IMG/VR virus record: IMGVR_UViG_3300035137_000084
Span: 1-45,087 of that record
Length of the DNA stretch: 45,087 nt
Origin: a virus
Strand: one strand, 5' to 3'
In this document: piece after piece, positions 15,546-25,500 of the stretch
Layout of the letters: each line of letters begins with the position of its first letter
How positions within the stretch are numbered: position 1 is the first letter of the stretch
The notes under the pieces: generated by a model
What the model was told of the DNA's origin: nothing
Database searches by the model: none
Seen by the model: the letters and a program-made list of their open reading frames with translations, nothing else
Made by a program: the position numbers and the translations under genes

Positions 15546-15576
15546 TAACAAATCAAGTAAAAGGGAGGTTGTATTA

Positions 15577-15819
15577 ATGAAAAAGCAAAATCAGACAAAG
15601 AAAAGAACTATTATGAAACAAAAAGTTTCAGGAGCTGAAGCTGCAAAAAATCTGTTTTCTCAATTCATGAAACTGGCATTTCAGCCTATTGTTAGAATGA
15701 GCAAACAGTCAAAGAGTATGCAACGTAGAAATTACATACCACATCAAGGCAAACAGGAGAAAGCCAGGAGAGTAAGACAACTCAGGGATGGTATAATTCA
15801 CAATACTGTTAGTCTGTAG
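15577..15819 (+). CDS. Hypothetical highly basic protein (80 aa)
   Basis: The ATG at 15577 follows aagggaggttgtatta. This is the last gene of the rightward arm, and its stop overlaps the convergent gene by 11 nt. Confidence 0.6.
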   Translation: MKKQNQTKKRTIMKQKVSGAEAAKNLFSQFMKLAFQPIVRMSKQSKSMQRRNYIPHQGKQEKARRVRQLRDGIIHNTVSL

Positions 15820-16393
15820 GAAGTCTTTTTACAACGAAATCAAACCAATAAGATTTATCTTCCCAATAATGGGAATGGTTGGTCAAACCGTCTTCTTTAA
15901 AACCGGGCTCGTTTACAAACCGCTTATCTCGCTTTTTTCTGTAAGGTTGTCCACGATACCCTACGAGCCCGAGTTTTCCAAAAGGGTGCCCGGGAAGAAG
16001 AGAACCAACCAGTAAAGCCAAATCTTCAGGATTATATATGACATATGCTTTCTTCAGAGAATCCTCCGGATAGTACATCTTCTCGGAAGTTGCAGCTCCA
16101 CCGAAAAGAAAGCAGGTATCCCACTGCATCCCTAAATTAATTGTCTCCTGCCAGATCAGACAACCGTAAGAATGGGCTATAATATGATCCCCATCTTGGG
16201 CCAGGTGAATTAAAGACTTGGCATCATTGACAGGGGCATCGTTCCAATACATCGGAATAGCCCACCGGATAGGATATTCAAAAAACTTTACTTCGTATCC
16301 TGCATCAACAAACAGTTGCCCAAAAGCATCTATGCTGTTTTCACTATCGTTTCCGTGGGTGTGGATACCATGTACGATGATGATGCGGCTCAT
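15809..16393 (-). CDS. Alpha/beta-fold serine hydrolase (esterase/lipase-like)
   Basis: Contains IIIVHG, the nucleophile elbow AHSYG, a candidate Asp in NPEDLA and a candidate His in NHSHY. Confidence 0.6.
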   Translation of the reverse strand: MSRIIIVHGIHTHGNDSENSIDAFGQLFVDAGYEVKFFEYPIRWAIPMYWNDAPVNDAKSLIHLAQDGDHIIAHSYGCLIWQETINLGMQWDTCFLFGGAATSEKMYYPEDSLKKAYVIYNPEDLALLVGSLLPGHPFGKLGLVGYRGQPYRKKRDKRFVNEPGFKEDGLTNHSHYWEDKSYWFDFVVKRLPTD

Positions 16394-16545
16394 TTTTTCC
16401 TCATATAACCGATAAAATATTTGCCAACCACAACACCGTATAAGTAATAATCAGCTATTGAGGGCAGAACGTATACACTGTCTCGTATTGTGAAGTTGGT
16501 GCTCTTGATCATGCCACGACGATGGGCCTTCCACAACAATTTCAT
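16390..16545 (-). CDS. Possible small protein (51 aa, MKLLWKAHRRGMIKSTNF...)
   Basis: The SD aggtgaagg lies upstream. The stop overlaps the hydrolase start as ATGA. It falls below the ORF-track cutoff. Confidence 0.4.
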   Translation of the reverse strand: MKLLWKAHRRGMIKSTNFTIRDSVYVLPSIADYYLYGVVVGKYFIGYMRKK

Positions 16546-16548
16546 CCT

Positions 16549-16779
16549 TCACCTATTGGTCTGTTTATCTGCATATTCGAAAATTGAATCTCCACCTGAA
16601 GGGTGCCTTATTTTCCACAAACAATTTTTCCAATCAATCGGGCAGGAGGATGGTGTTACCGTGCGCCCCTCACAAATTGAGTTTATTGCATCCGTTGCGG
16701 CTTGCTCAGATTTATAATACTTATACAAGAACCATTTTTCATCTTTTTTAAACCATAATTGCCAAGGCTTCTTGCTCAT
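16549..16779 (-). CDS. Hypothetical protein
   Basis: The start at 16779 (MSKKPWQ) overlaps the upstream stop as ATGA. The ORF track lists 16785. Confidence 0.55.
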   Translation of the reverse strand: MSKKPWQLWFKKDEKWFLYKYYKSEQAATDAINSICEGRTVTPSSCPIDWKNCLWKIRHPSGGDSIFEYADKQTNR

Positions 16780-17243
16780 TTGCAATCACCATAATAAATA
16801 TGAGCCCTATCAGCCTTGAAATGCTTAATCGTACCGTCCTGCTCTTCACATCGAATCGTGCCAGCTTTTTTATATCCCATATTCCAGCACATGGCCCGGC
16901 CATGATCCTCTTTTCCACATTGCAGATCTACACCATTAAGCGTACATTTTTTAAACTGAGGTTTACCAGGGCAGCGGATCATCCGTGTTCCAACTCGTTC
17001 GTTGTCCCAACCCCAATGATGTTCGTTATCATGGAACACAACTGGCCCTGGCTCTTCCGGTTCAACCGGTTCGGGTTCAGGGATCGGATCTGGCTCTACC
17101 GGTTCAGGCTCAACGGGTTTTTCTTTCTCTGCCTGGCTCTTCAGGTACAGATCCCCGACGTCTGTAGCAACATCGACCAACAGGCAGCCGGTGAGTATAA
17201 ACAATGTAATGATTAAAAACGACAAGAATTTAGAGTTCATCAA
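16776..17243 (-). CDS. Predicted lipoprotein with PEPxP-rich linker and Cys-rich C-terminal domain
   Basis: The signal peptide plus lipobox is FLIITLFILTG|C. The linker is KPVEPEPVEPDPIPEPEPVEPEEP. The start overlaps the upstream stop as ATGA. Confidence 0.65.
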   Translation of the reverse strand: MMNSKFLSFLIITLFILTGCLLVDVATDVGDLYLKSQAEKEKPVEPEPVEPDPIPEPEPVEPEEPGPVVFHDNEHHWGWDNERVGTRMIRCPGKPQFKKCTLNGVDLQCGKEDHGRAMCWNMGYKKAGTIRCEEQDGTIKHFKADRAHIYYGDCK

Positions 17244-17473
17244 TTTGACCCTCCTGTAATTTTAGCAAATAGGCTGGCAACAGCGGCACCGACGCCGCCC
17301 GACATGACCAGGATACCCAGAAGAAACCCCTTGCCGCCTGATAATTTTCTCAGGATGCACTCCTGCTGCTGAAAGAGTGTCTTTATGTCGGAACGTAAAT
17401 TTGCAATCTCTTTTTCAAGGGCCTCCTGCTGCCCCATGAGATGACCAATATCTTTATCACTCATTTTAATCAC
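17240..17473 (-). CDS. Small coiled-coil protein with C-terminal transmembrane helix (holin- or spanin-like candidate)
   Basis: The hydrophobic stretch is GFLLGILVMSGGVGAAVASLFA. The N-terminus has heptad-like character. The gene is coupled to the lipoprotein gene. Confidence 0.5.
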   Translation of the reverse strand: MIKMSDKDIGHLMGQQEALEKEIANLRSDIKTLFQQQECILRKLSGGKGFLLGILVMSGGVGAAVASLFAKITGGSN

Positions 17474-17477
17474 CTGT

Positions 17478-17900
17478 TTATGGTATCAATCCATTGTATG
17501 TTTTGACCGATCTCCTGTATCTTGCTTTTTCAATATCGTAAATTTTCACTTGTTTTTGACTGTTTACCCAAAAGATTACCGCGTGATTTCTAATGGGTGA
17601 TCCAATAATTAGATACCCAACCGGCCAGCCTCTTCCGAGCAAATGTACAAGGGCGTACAGCACTCGATGAATGCATGAAAAAGTTTTGTTATACGCCGGG
17701 ATACTAAGTTGCTGGATTATACCTATTACCTGCTGATCGTCTGGTAAAACGTACACATCGGAACACACTCGGATAGTACCAAAGTCTTTTGCATTCAACT
17801 CTGGAGCAAGCAACAGAAAAGATCGTAATTCGCCCCCGGTCATATTAGTGTATTCGTGCCCTGTTGTTTTAGGCTCTTTTTTTCTAAACCAGTTAAACAT
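17478..17900 (-). CDS. Hypothetical protein
   Basis: ORF in the operon context with no recognised motif. Confidence 0.55.
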   Translation of the reverse strand: MFNWFRKKEPKTTGHEYTNMTGGELRSFLLLAPELNAKDFGTIRVCSDVYVLPDDQQVIGIIQQLSIPAYNKTFSCIHRVLYALVHLLGRGWPVGYLIIGSPIRNHAVIFWVNSQKQVKIYDIEKARYRRSVKTYNGLIP

Positions 17901-18076
17901 TACACTGCCTTCGGTAAAAGCCTCAAAGCGTCTTTCAAACTCTCTGCGTTTTCAAGTCGTGTTTTTATTTCGTCAAGGTTATCCAAACCCCCCTGAACCG
18001 TGAACCCTTGATTCTCAAGATACGTTCTCAACGCCTGCAGCTCCTGTATGGTGTACGGACTGTCTTTTAATTTCAT
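17900..18076 (-). CDS. Hypothetical small protein
   Basis: The ATG at 18076 overlaps the upstream stop as ATGA. The ORF track extends to 18103. Confidence 0.5.
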   Translation of the reverse strand: MKLKDSPYTIQELQALRTYLENQGFTVQGGLDNLDEIKTRLENAESLKDALRLLPKAV

Positions 18077-18327
18077 GGTGATTCCTCTATATTTTCGACC
18101 CACAGAACAAAATAGTTTGAATCGGTCTCAATTTGATCCATCATAGTATCCTCACACTCGATAAAAATAACACAACTGTTTGGATCTGGTATTAAGTTTT
18201 CGCTCGGCTGTCCTGTCACATCTGACCATTTATCTAGCGAGTAATGGTCTGCAATTAACGGACGATTTGGGTTTTCTTCTGAGCCATCCCCGATCCAGCT
18301 TGTTATCACTTCTGCTTGTTGTTTCAT
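18073..18327 (-). CDS. Hypothetical protein
   Basis: The ATG at 18327 overlaps the upstream TGA by 1 nt. A TTG alternative lies at 18330. Confidence 0.55.
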   Translation of the reverse strand: MKQQAEVITSWIGDGSEENPNRPLIADHYSLDKWSDVTGQPSENLIPDPNSCVIFIECEDTMMDQIETDSNYFVLWVENIEESP

Positions 18328-19580
18328 CAATAAGTGTCGAGCTGACTATACTCGCCTCCTGTGCCTGCCGGTTTAAGTGCTACTAGTTCATGTGTTTGCA
18401 CGTTAGAATCATTAGACCTTCTCAGGCCAAAAAGTGTTGCTGTTTCATTTAGCACCGCAGAGGCGTAAGAAACCTTTGTTGAACCATCAAGATAACCAGC
18501 GATTGTCTGTCCATTGCACACAACCGTTAGACGGTAATCAGTGCTCCCGTTTACCGTAACTGATGTTGATGCTCGTTTAGTTGTCGTGCCACCGTTCACC
18601 TCATAAATTGCAATCTCGTCACCACTTGAGCTTGCATTGACAAACCAATAGTTACTATTATTGCTATATCTGCAAAGAAGATGAAACCCAGAGATAGGTG
18701 ACACAACCTGGGCAACAGTTTCGCCCCACACGTCAGAGACACCAGCATCAATCGATGCTATTGATAATGCCGTGGCAGAATATGCACGATTAGATTGGAT
18801 TTCCCAAGAGCCATTTTGAACAGTCCAGCCCCCTCCCTCCGTATCTACATCGGGGTCATGAGCATCCAAAGAAGTGCCGTTTGTGTCGGTACAAGTGTCA
18901 AGAAATACGGGAACAAGGACTGAAGACAGATCAACATTGTGAACTCTGATATTATCATATGTGCCGCCATAGTCATAAAAAGACATGGCAGGATAATCCA
19001 TGCCAGTATCAATTATGTCTTTTGATCGATAAAGAAGAATCCAGTTGGTACCGTTATGCCAGTAGATTGACCCACCGTAAGGATAAGACGAAATGTTAGT
19101 AGCGGCATCCATCGGCACGCCGTTTGAGTCGTAGCCACCTTTGATAATATAAAACTTCTCGTCCGTGTTATTGCTCACAGTGCCAATAATCGGGCCGACC
19201 GTACCGTTTATAACCAGCTTGACATTTCCTGAACCGTCTATCTGGATACCAAGCATAATGTTGGCAGTGCCAATTCCATTATCAGACCAACCAGCAAGAA
19301 GTTGTTGGGTTGTTATTGATGATCCATTTAAAGTGAATCCAAACCCCCTACCGGCAACAGCATTCAGGTCATTTGACACCCATCCCAGATCGCCCCATGC
19401 GGGGGTAGTCTGTGCAGTTACACTGTATACTCCACCGGAAGCGGCGATTGATCCGTCAGTCTCGGTATAATTGATCGTACCGTCTTCAGCAGTCTTGCTT
19501 GCGCCGGTGGCTCGCAGGAGGTAGGAGACGGTATCGCCACCTCCCGGCTTCCACCAATAAAAAAAATCTAGTATCTGCAT
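18327..19580 (-). CDS. Tail fibre / receptor-binding protein with lectin (ConA/LamG-like) beta-rich domains
   Basis: Gly/Ser/Thr/Asn-rich beta-type sequence located distal in the tail module. The domain call comes from composition and pattern only. Confidence 0.5.
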   Translation of the reverse strand: MQILDFFYWWKPGGGDTVSYLLRATGASKTAEDGTINYTETDGSIAASGGVYSVTAQTTPAWGDLGWVSNDLNAVAGRGFGFTLNGSSITTQQLLAGWSDNGIGTANIMLGIQIDGSGNVKLVINGTVGPIIGTVSNNTDEKFYIIKGGYDSNGVPMDAATNISSYPYGGSIYWHNGTNWILLYRSKDIIDTGMDYPAMSFYDYGGTYDNIRVHNVDLSSVLVPVFLDTCTDTNGTSLDAHDPDVDTEGGGWTVQNGSWEIQSNRAYSATALSIASIDAGVSDVWGETVAQVVSPISGFHLLCRYSNNSNYWFVNASSSGDEIAIYEVNGGTTTKRASTSVTVNGSTDYRLTVVCNGQTIAGYLDGSTKVSYASAVLNETATLFGLRRSNDSNVQTHELVALKPAGTGGEYSQLDTY

Positions 19581-19594
19581 ACTGAAATTCCTGT

Positions 19595-20035
19595 TTACCT
19601 TAAAAGGTTAGCAACAGCCCAAATGCCCTTGCCATAAACACGATCCGCTATTGCGGGATGTATATGTTGCTTCAACTCAACCACCGGCATGTCATACTCT
19701 TTTACTTTTTCACCGGTGTAAAAATCAATATCGGTAAGGAAGCATTTCTTTCCGTCAGTCCAGCCAATAGTCCAAAGGTTCACGGTCTTATGACCCGTAT
19801 ACTCTCCTTTTTTATTATACTGAGCCTCCCGGCCACCCCACCGGAAATTCATGAACCCCCTGAAGCCTCGATGATCTTTGGTAAACACATAACGTTTGCT
19901 GATTACATGATTCCCTGAGTCGTCGTGGTCCACAAAAGCCTCTCTGTAGGCAAGCAGTTCCTTCTTACCGGCAAGCAGATACAACGGTAAACCTGCCTCA
20001 ACTACCCATTCAGGTACATCTACCGTGAATGTCAT
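19595..20035 (-). CDS. Hypothetical protein (tail module)
   Basis: ORF in the operon. Confidence 0.55.
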   Translation of the reverse strand: MTFTVDVPEWVVEAGLPLYLLAGKKELLAYREAFVDHDDSGNHVISKRYVFTKDHRGFRGFMNFRWGGREAQYNKKGEYTGHKTVNLWTIGWTDGKKCFLTDIDFYTGEKVKEYDMPVVELKQHIHPAIADRVYGKGIWAVANLLR

Positions 20036-20049
20036 ACCGTCACCTCTTT

Positions 20050-20424
20050 TTACATGAAATAGATATCAATAGTCCCGGTAGCACTGTTGACGGTGTTCCC
20101 TGTCAAAGCAAGCGTTATACCCCCAATAAAAGGAACAGGTTTATCAAAGGCAGAGAACTCCCGTTGACCGGATACCAGAGCTGTTGCCACATCGAGCAGT
20201 TCATTATCGAGTTCATCCGTGATTGCAGCAACCATAGCCGCTGGCGCAGTTGCTCCGGCTTTATAGGCAATGCCTATAAAATAACCTGACTCTTTAATCT
20301 CTATAGTCGGTATCGATTGATCGGTATCATCCGCAGTGAAAGTTATAGGTATTTTGTAAAGCTCCATACCATTGAAAAATGTACATTTCTGCTTATCACC
20401 TTGCGTTATTGAACTTCCTGCCAT
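20050..20424 (-). CDS. Hypothetical protein (tail module)
   Basis: ORF with the SD aggaggaaaaag upstream. Confidence 0.55.
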   Translation of the reverse strand: MAGSSITQGDKQKCTFFNGMELYKIPITFTADDTDQSIPTIEIKESGYFIGIAYKAGATAPAAMVAAITDELDNELLDVATALVSGQREFSAFDKPVPFIGGITLALTGNTVNSATGTIDIYFM

Positions 20425-20440
20425 GGCTTTTTCCTCCTGA

Positions 20441-20848
20441 TTATTTTAAAAGATATGGAATCATTTTTTTCAAAATCGTTTTCATTGCCTCTTTCGTCTC
20501 CGCAACAGTGCTGGCAGCGTCAAGCTGATTGTCGATATAGGTTTCAGCCTGAGTAATCGTGTAAGATTTCAAACCAGCTGTCTGTTGAGCTGTTTCAATC
20601 TCTTCAACCCTAGTTTGCTCATCTGCTGCCGCTTGTGCCTTTGCCGCCTCGATAGCGTCTATTTCAGCCTGTGATTTCCGGCTTACTGTTGGCTGGCCCT
20701 CACCGGGAGTCCCATCCCAACTGACGAAATAATATTCATCAACCATGTCAGTGATCACATCAGATTCCCCTCCGTACTCATCCGGTAAAGGATCGCGCCC
20801 TAACCCTGCTATTTCAGTCGGACTGCTCTGTTTAACTGCAAATTTCAT
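20441..20848 (-). CDS. Hypothetical protein downstream of the tail fibre (possible fibre accessory protein)
   Basis: ATGA overlap with the tail-fibre gene. Confidence 0.5.
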   Translation of the reverse strand: MKFAVKQSSPTEIAGLGRDPLPDEYGGESDVITDMVDEYYFVSWDGTPGEGQPTVSRKSQAEIDAIEAAKAQAAADEQTRVEEIETAQQTAGLKSYTITQAETYIDNQLDAASTVAETKEAMKTILKKMIPYLLK

Positions 20849-22470
20849 CTAACCAACCTCAATTGTTGAATTAAAAAGCTCCATGTCCCGCTAGACACCT
20901 TGTAATAAAGATCATCTTTAGTAGAAACATGCCGCCTACCATAATCCTGGCTATATGTCCACGGCCCAATGCTTGTGTCTCCTGTATATGTAGATATAGA
21001 TGACAGACCAAAAGCCGTATTAGTTCCATCTATAGAAAAGTGCATACTGAGTGTACTGCCAGTGGATGTTTGTCCGCCAGGCAAGATGGTCTCTACTACC
21101 GCCTGCGGAATTAATGAACTTAAACCAAGAGATGTATATGATGTTGCAGTAAGTCCAGTAGCAAAAATTGCTTCTGACGCTTTTAGAAATTCGAGACAAG
21201 TATCTCTAAAAATAAAAGAGGCGATGTTTGAACTGCTATTTGTATAGATAAGCCCGATCCGGCGATACCTTGAGTAACCGGATGGCAAGTACGTTCCGAT
21301 TGCGTCACCATCAGCCAGAAACCCAAAATCAACAGAGTAGTCAGAATCTTTAAGCAGTGCGTAAATATGATACCAAGTGTTAGCCGCCACAGTACCATTT
21401 AACAAACCACCAGCATCATCACCAACGGCCCACGTTGCATCGATTTGTTTTGTTATGCCAGTTGATAAAGATATATGAGATGTTTTAGTTGAATCCCAAC
21501 AAGATCCGGCAGCAATCAAGATGTCATGCTCCGCATCCGTATCCGACTCAAAACCCATTCCATAAATACCACCTGTAAGTTCAACCCCTGAAGGTGGATC
21601 AATATGATCATAAGTTGTTTCGATCCACACCGCTGCCCCCGAAGAATTATCCAAGCAGACATACTCTTTATCGTTTGTTACATCGATCCACCTTGATCCG
21701 ACTACATAACCTTCTCCGGTATCGTCATCAACAGTAGGAGCTGCAGTGGCATCCCGTTTATTCAATATGGTGGTATATGCTCCTGCACCGGTACGCTCTA
21801 TAGCTCCGTTTGCCGTAAAGTCCGAATCAACAAGGGGTTCCGAACCTGGAACAAAACTGATATCGGGAGTTGTGCCTCCTGAACTGGTGAGTGGAGAAGT
21901 GGCAGTAACCGAAGACACGCCTGAAATAGTTGAGGCATCAAAAACCAACTCCCAATACCCGGCAGCTAAATCAGTAGAAAAAGTACCGGCAGTGTGGGCT
22001 ACGACACAATAATAAAGATTATTTGTTACGGTATCTGAAACAAGATCTTTAATGGAATACTCTTCAAGAGTTGTCCAATCACCCCTCCATGAAGTAATAG
22101 CAGCTCCTTCTTCGACAGTAACTTCGAGCTGCTGAACTATCATGACGATTTTATCAAGAGCCGTTTCAAGTAACTCTTCATCAAAATCACCACCGGTAGG
22201 CCATTGAGTACTTTGAATAATATCCAAAACTCGATAGATTTCCAAAGTACCATCGGTAGAAGTTTCTACGGTAGTAATATACCCTGTTCCAGCATCGGTA
22301 TCAGTTATGGTAACGGAATAATCTGTTGTAAGGGTCAATATGGTAGTCTCACCGTTGACTATGTATTTTACAACAATATCATTCTCAGTGAATATTTTAA
22401 AATTAAAATTGTAATCACCGACACCATTGTAATCATATGCAATTTTTGGAGTCGTAGCGTTAACTGTCAT
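20845..22470 (-). CDS. Tail fibre / tail spike protein
   Basis: The N-terminus IAYDYNGVGDYNFNFKIFTENDIVVKYI...LEIYRV...ALDKIVMIVQQLE resembles the conserved podovirus fibre N-terminal adaptor domain. The gene follows the internal virion proteins as in T7. Confidence 0.65.
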   Translation of the reverse strand: MTVNATTPKIAYDYNGVGDYNFNFKIFTENDIVVKYIVNGETTILTLTTDYSVTITDTDAGTGYITTVETSTDGTLEIYRVLDIIQSTQWPTGGDFDEELLETALDKIVMIVQQLEVTVEEGAAITSWRGDWTTLEEYSIKDLVSDTVTNNLYYCVVAHTAGTFSTDLAAGYWELVFDASTISGVSSVTATSPLTSSGGTTPDISFVPGSEPLVDSDFTANGAIERTGAGAYTTILNKRDATAAPTVDDDTGEGYVVGSRWIDVTNDKEYVCLDNSSGAAVWIETTYDHIDPPSGVELTGGIYGMGFESDTDAEHDILIAAGSCWDSTKTSHISLSTGITKQIDATWAVGDDAGGLLNGTVAANTWYHIYALLKDSDYSVDFGFLADGDAIGTYLPSGYSRYRRIGLIYTNSSSNIASFIFRDTCLEFLKASEAIFATGLTATSYTSLGLSSLIPQAVVETILPGGQTSTGSTLSMHFSIDGTNTAFGLSSISTYTGDTSIGPWTYSQDYGRRHVSTKDDLYYKVSSGTWSFLIQQLRLVR

Positions 22471-22524
22471 GGATTACCCCTTTTTAAAATATTTTAAATA
22501 GCTTATCGGTTTTCAAAACTTCAG

Positions 22525-25500
22525 TCAATCTTTTTTCAGTCCGGATGTTTTCTCAGACCAACCGAGCATCATGAAAATACCTTTCATAAAACGTTCCTGG
22601 TCCCCTTCAACAAGGCCTACATATGCCTCATTTATTCCTTTAGATCCCTCTACTGCGTACTTAAAAGGCAAAGGTCTGCCCACCATGACACCAATCCCCT
22701 GCAATGCTCTGCCAAAATCATTGACAGTCAACCGACCCTTTGCCATATCCTCTATGCCGTTCAATATATCCATTACAGGTTGAGTAGTTGGTATTGTGGA
22801 GTTGAGGTCATTATACCATCTGTTAAAATTAAAATCTAACCCCGCTTTTTCAGACATAAAACCTAAAGTGACATTGGTTGCTCTGTGTAACAAAGAAGCT
22901 GTAGCGACAAAGTTATTAAACGATCCGAGAACTGCAGCTCTTATCTGATTTTCCGGATCAAATTCAAGATCGGTTGCAGCTTGATAAAGCATTGGCAAAA
23001 CAAAATGATAGATAATAAACTGTCGTCTTAACTTCTGTTTCATCCGCTTTGAAGCTTCACTATTCTTATTTCCATTTACTACCCATCGCCCATGGATATA
23101 AGCCCTTATAACTTCCAGTTCTCTTCGGTGATACAGTATTGTAGCACTGCGGTATTGGGTAAAAAGTTGCCCCCATGTACCGGTAGACTGCAAAGGCGAC
23201 ATCATGGACTGAGCTGCGGACTGTTGACTGCCACGGGCTATTATTTCAGCTTGCATCAACGCATCACTCCGGGACATACCCCCACCTTCCGGGGACATAT
23301 AAAATTCCCGTAAAGCCCACACCCCTGCATAAATTGGTTCCGCATCCCCTATTTTAATGTTTTTCATCAACTTACCCCACTGTCTCGGAGTAAGATTCAA
23401 TTTTCCCCAAACTTTACTGTAACTACCGGTATATGGTTGAGTGGTAGCGGCTTTAACATCCCTTTCCATGTGAGATCCACGATTGCGGATAAAGGAAGAT
23501 TCTTGGTCAAGTTCTGCCTTATTCTGTTTATAATTTTTCAAAAACTGACCGGTGTACTTAAAATAGTTTACCACTCCCATCTCTGCTATAAAAGCCGGGT
23601 GAGAAAGAAGTTGTTTAAAAGTTAAGGATGGTCGGACAGCAAGGGTAGCCCGAGTCATATTTATTCGGAGCTGATCGAGCCATGGCTGGCTGTAAAAACT
23701 TTTGCGCTTCCCGTAAACTATTAAGCGAACCTGATCTTTTAACAGGCTGACCGCACGTTTTCCATAATGGTGTTCAATAGCTTTAAGCACTTTAGGATTA
23801 AGAACTACTGCATTAATATCTCTTGACCACTTGGCCCAGGCTTTATAATGCTCAGTTTCAACGATATACTGCATAAGGGTATCCGTGTCACTCCGTTGTT
23901 TAAACGCAGTAGTAGTAAAAACCCTCTGTTTTATTCTCCCTGTTGTAGCGGCTGGCTGATTATCAAACAGCCCGAAAAGAATAGATTCCGCTTTTCCGGC
24001 TTCCAGTCCTTTTTCCTGAATATGTCTGGCATTAGGGACATAATTTTTATGTCTCGTTAAGTCGGCACCGGTCATCTGACGATAAACTTTATTTAAGGAA
24101 TCAAAGGAATTATCATAGAAACTGCGTACAAAACTGATAATCTTTTTATCCTGCGGCCTAAGAGCTTCAAGTAGTATTCGACCATTCTCACTGGCTAATC
24201 CTGTCTTACCGTCAGCGTCCCGATAACCCATGGTTTCAGAAAAAGTTCTCTGTACAGCTTTATCCTCCTGCATGAGTTCAAGAACTCTCTGTCGCATTTC
24301 AGGATAAGTGAAATAATTGTATAAAACTGTCTCTTTATATTTTCCAGTATCAGGATCTTTTATGAGACACTCCACCGCTGGTAGATCAACCAGTTCAAAA
24401 TTCTCCCTGTTAAGTATTTTATCTCCTTCATCTAACATCTTTTGAAGAGGGAGGTTTTTATCAATGCCATATGCTTCAGCCAAACCAGACAATACCTGTT
24501 CCATAGCAAGCCGGGTACTTTCCTGTTCAGTATTCTCCTGCTTTATTGTTTGACCGAATTTAGCAAAAAACCCCTGTTTCATAGGAGATCCTGAAACAGT
24601 ATCCAGACTATCCATGTAATCATGCCACGCATTGATCCATATACCGCTGACAGGATCAAAACCTGAAAAAGCTTTTACTTTAAAACCATTCTCACTTATA
24701 GGGTCTTTGCCTCTGGCTATAAGTTGATCGGATAGTTTGCCGTCTGGAAATTTTAAAGTTTCAAGTGCTTGAAGGACAAGATTATTTATTCTTTCTGCTT
24801 CGGCAAAGAGTTGAGCGGATCTTTCAGATTTTCCAGTATCAATTACTTGCTGGATATCATCATGTAAATTTTGCAAATCTTCAACAGACATACTCCTTGC
24901 AAAAGCCTTGCTTTTCAGCAGATTATAAGCAATAAGGTCTTCCGGTGAGAGAAGTTTATTCTCTACTTCACCCTTTTCTCCTATTGAAAATTCGCTATTT
25001 ATCTCATCGTGAATTTCAAAGTACTTTTGTTTTACCTGATCTCTGGACAACCCTCTTATATTTTCAAGAGTTTCAAAATAAGCAACGGTTCCTGGCATTG
25101 TAACCTTGTTTACCAGTTTGCCGTTTATTTTCTTTGGTCTTGAGAATTTCTTTATTTTATGATTTATCCGCTGCCGGAGCTTTTGCTTTTTAACCACTGC
25201 TATGCGGTTCAGATTAGCCCTGGACAGCAATTCTTTTATCTTGGCATACTCTAGGGTGTATCCGTCCTTATTTCCCTCTGAGGCGAATACACGAGCTTTT
25301 TCTACATGCTCAAGTATCTTTTTCTCAAAAGCTGTCTGAATTGGGATTTTCGGCTTATCCGGATCTGTTTGCTGAGATTCATCTGATTGAAATAATGTCT
25401 CTCTGGTAGAAGGTGTCCCGGGAACTTCTCTGCCAGTATCGGTAAAGAGCCGATCATATACTCCACGAATATTATCATCAAGAACAATATTGTTTCTGAC

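Noticed and set aside
16800-17216. 138-aa plus-strand ORF
   Set aside because: It is antisense to the lipoprotein gene, which has a signal peptide, a lipobox and ATGA coupling that support the minus-strand reading.
18327-22470. A diversity-generating retroelement acting on the tail-fibre genes
   Set aside because: No reverse transcriptase gene was seen, and no template/variable repeat pair was noticed near the 3' ends of the fibre genes.
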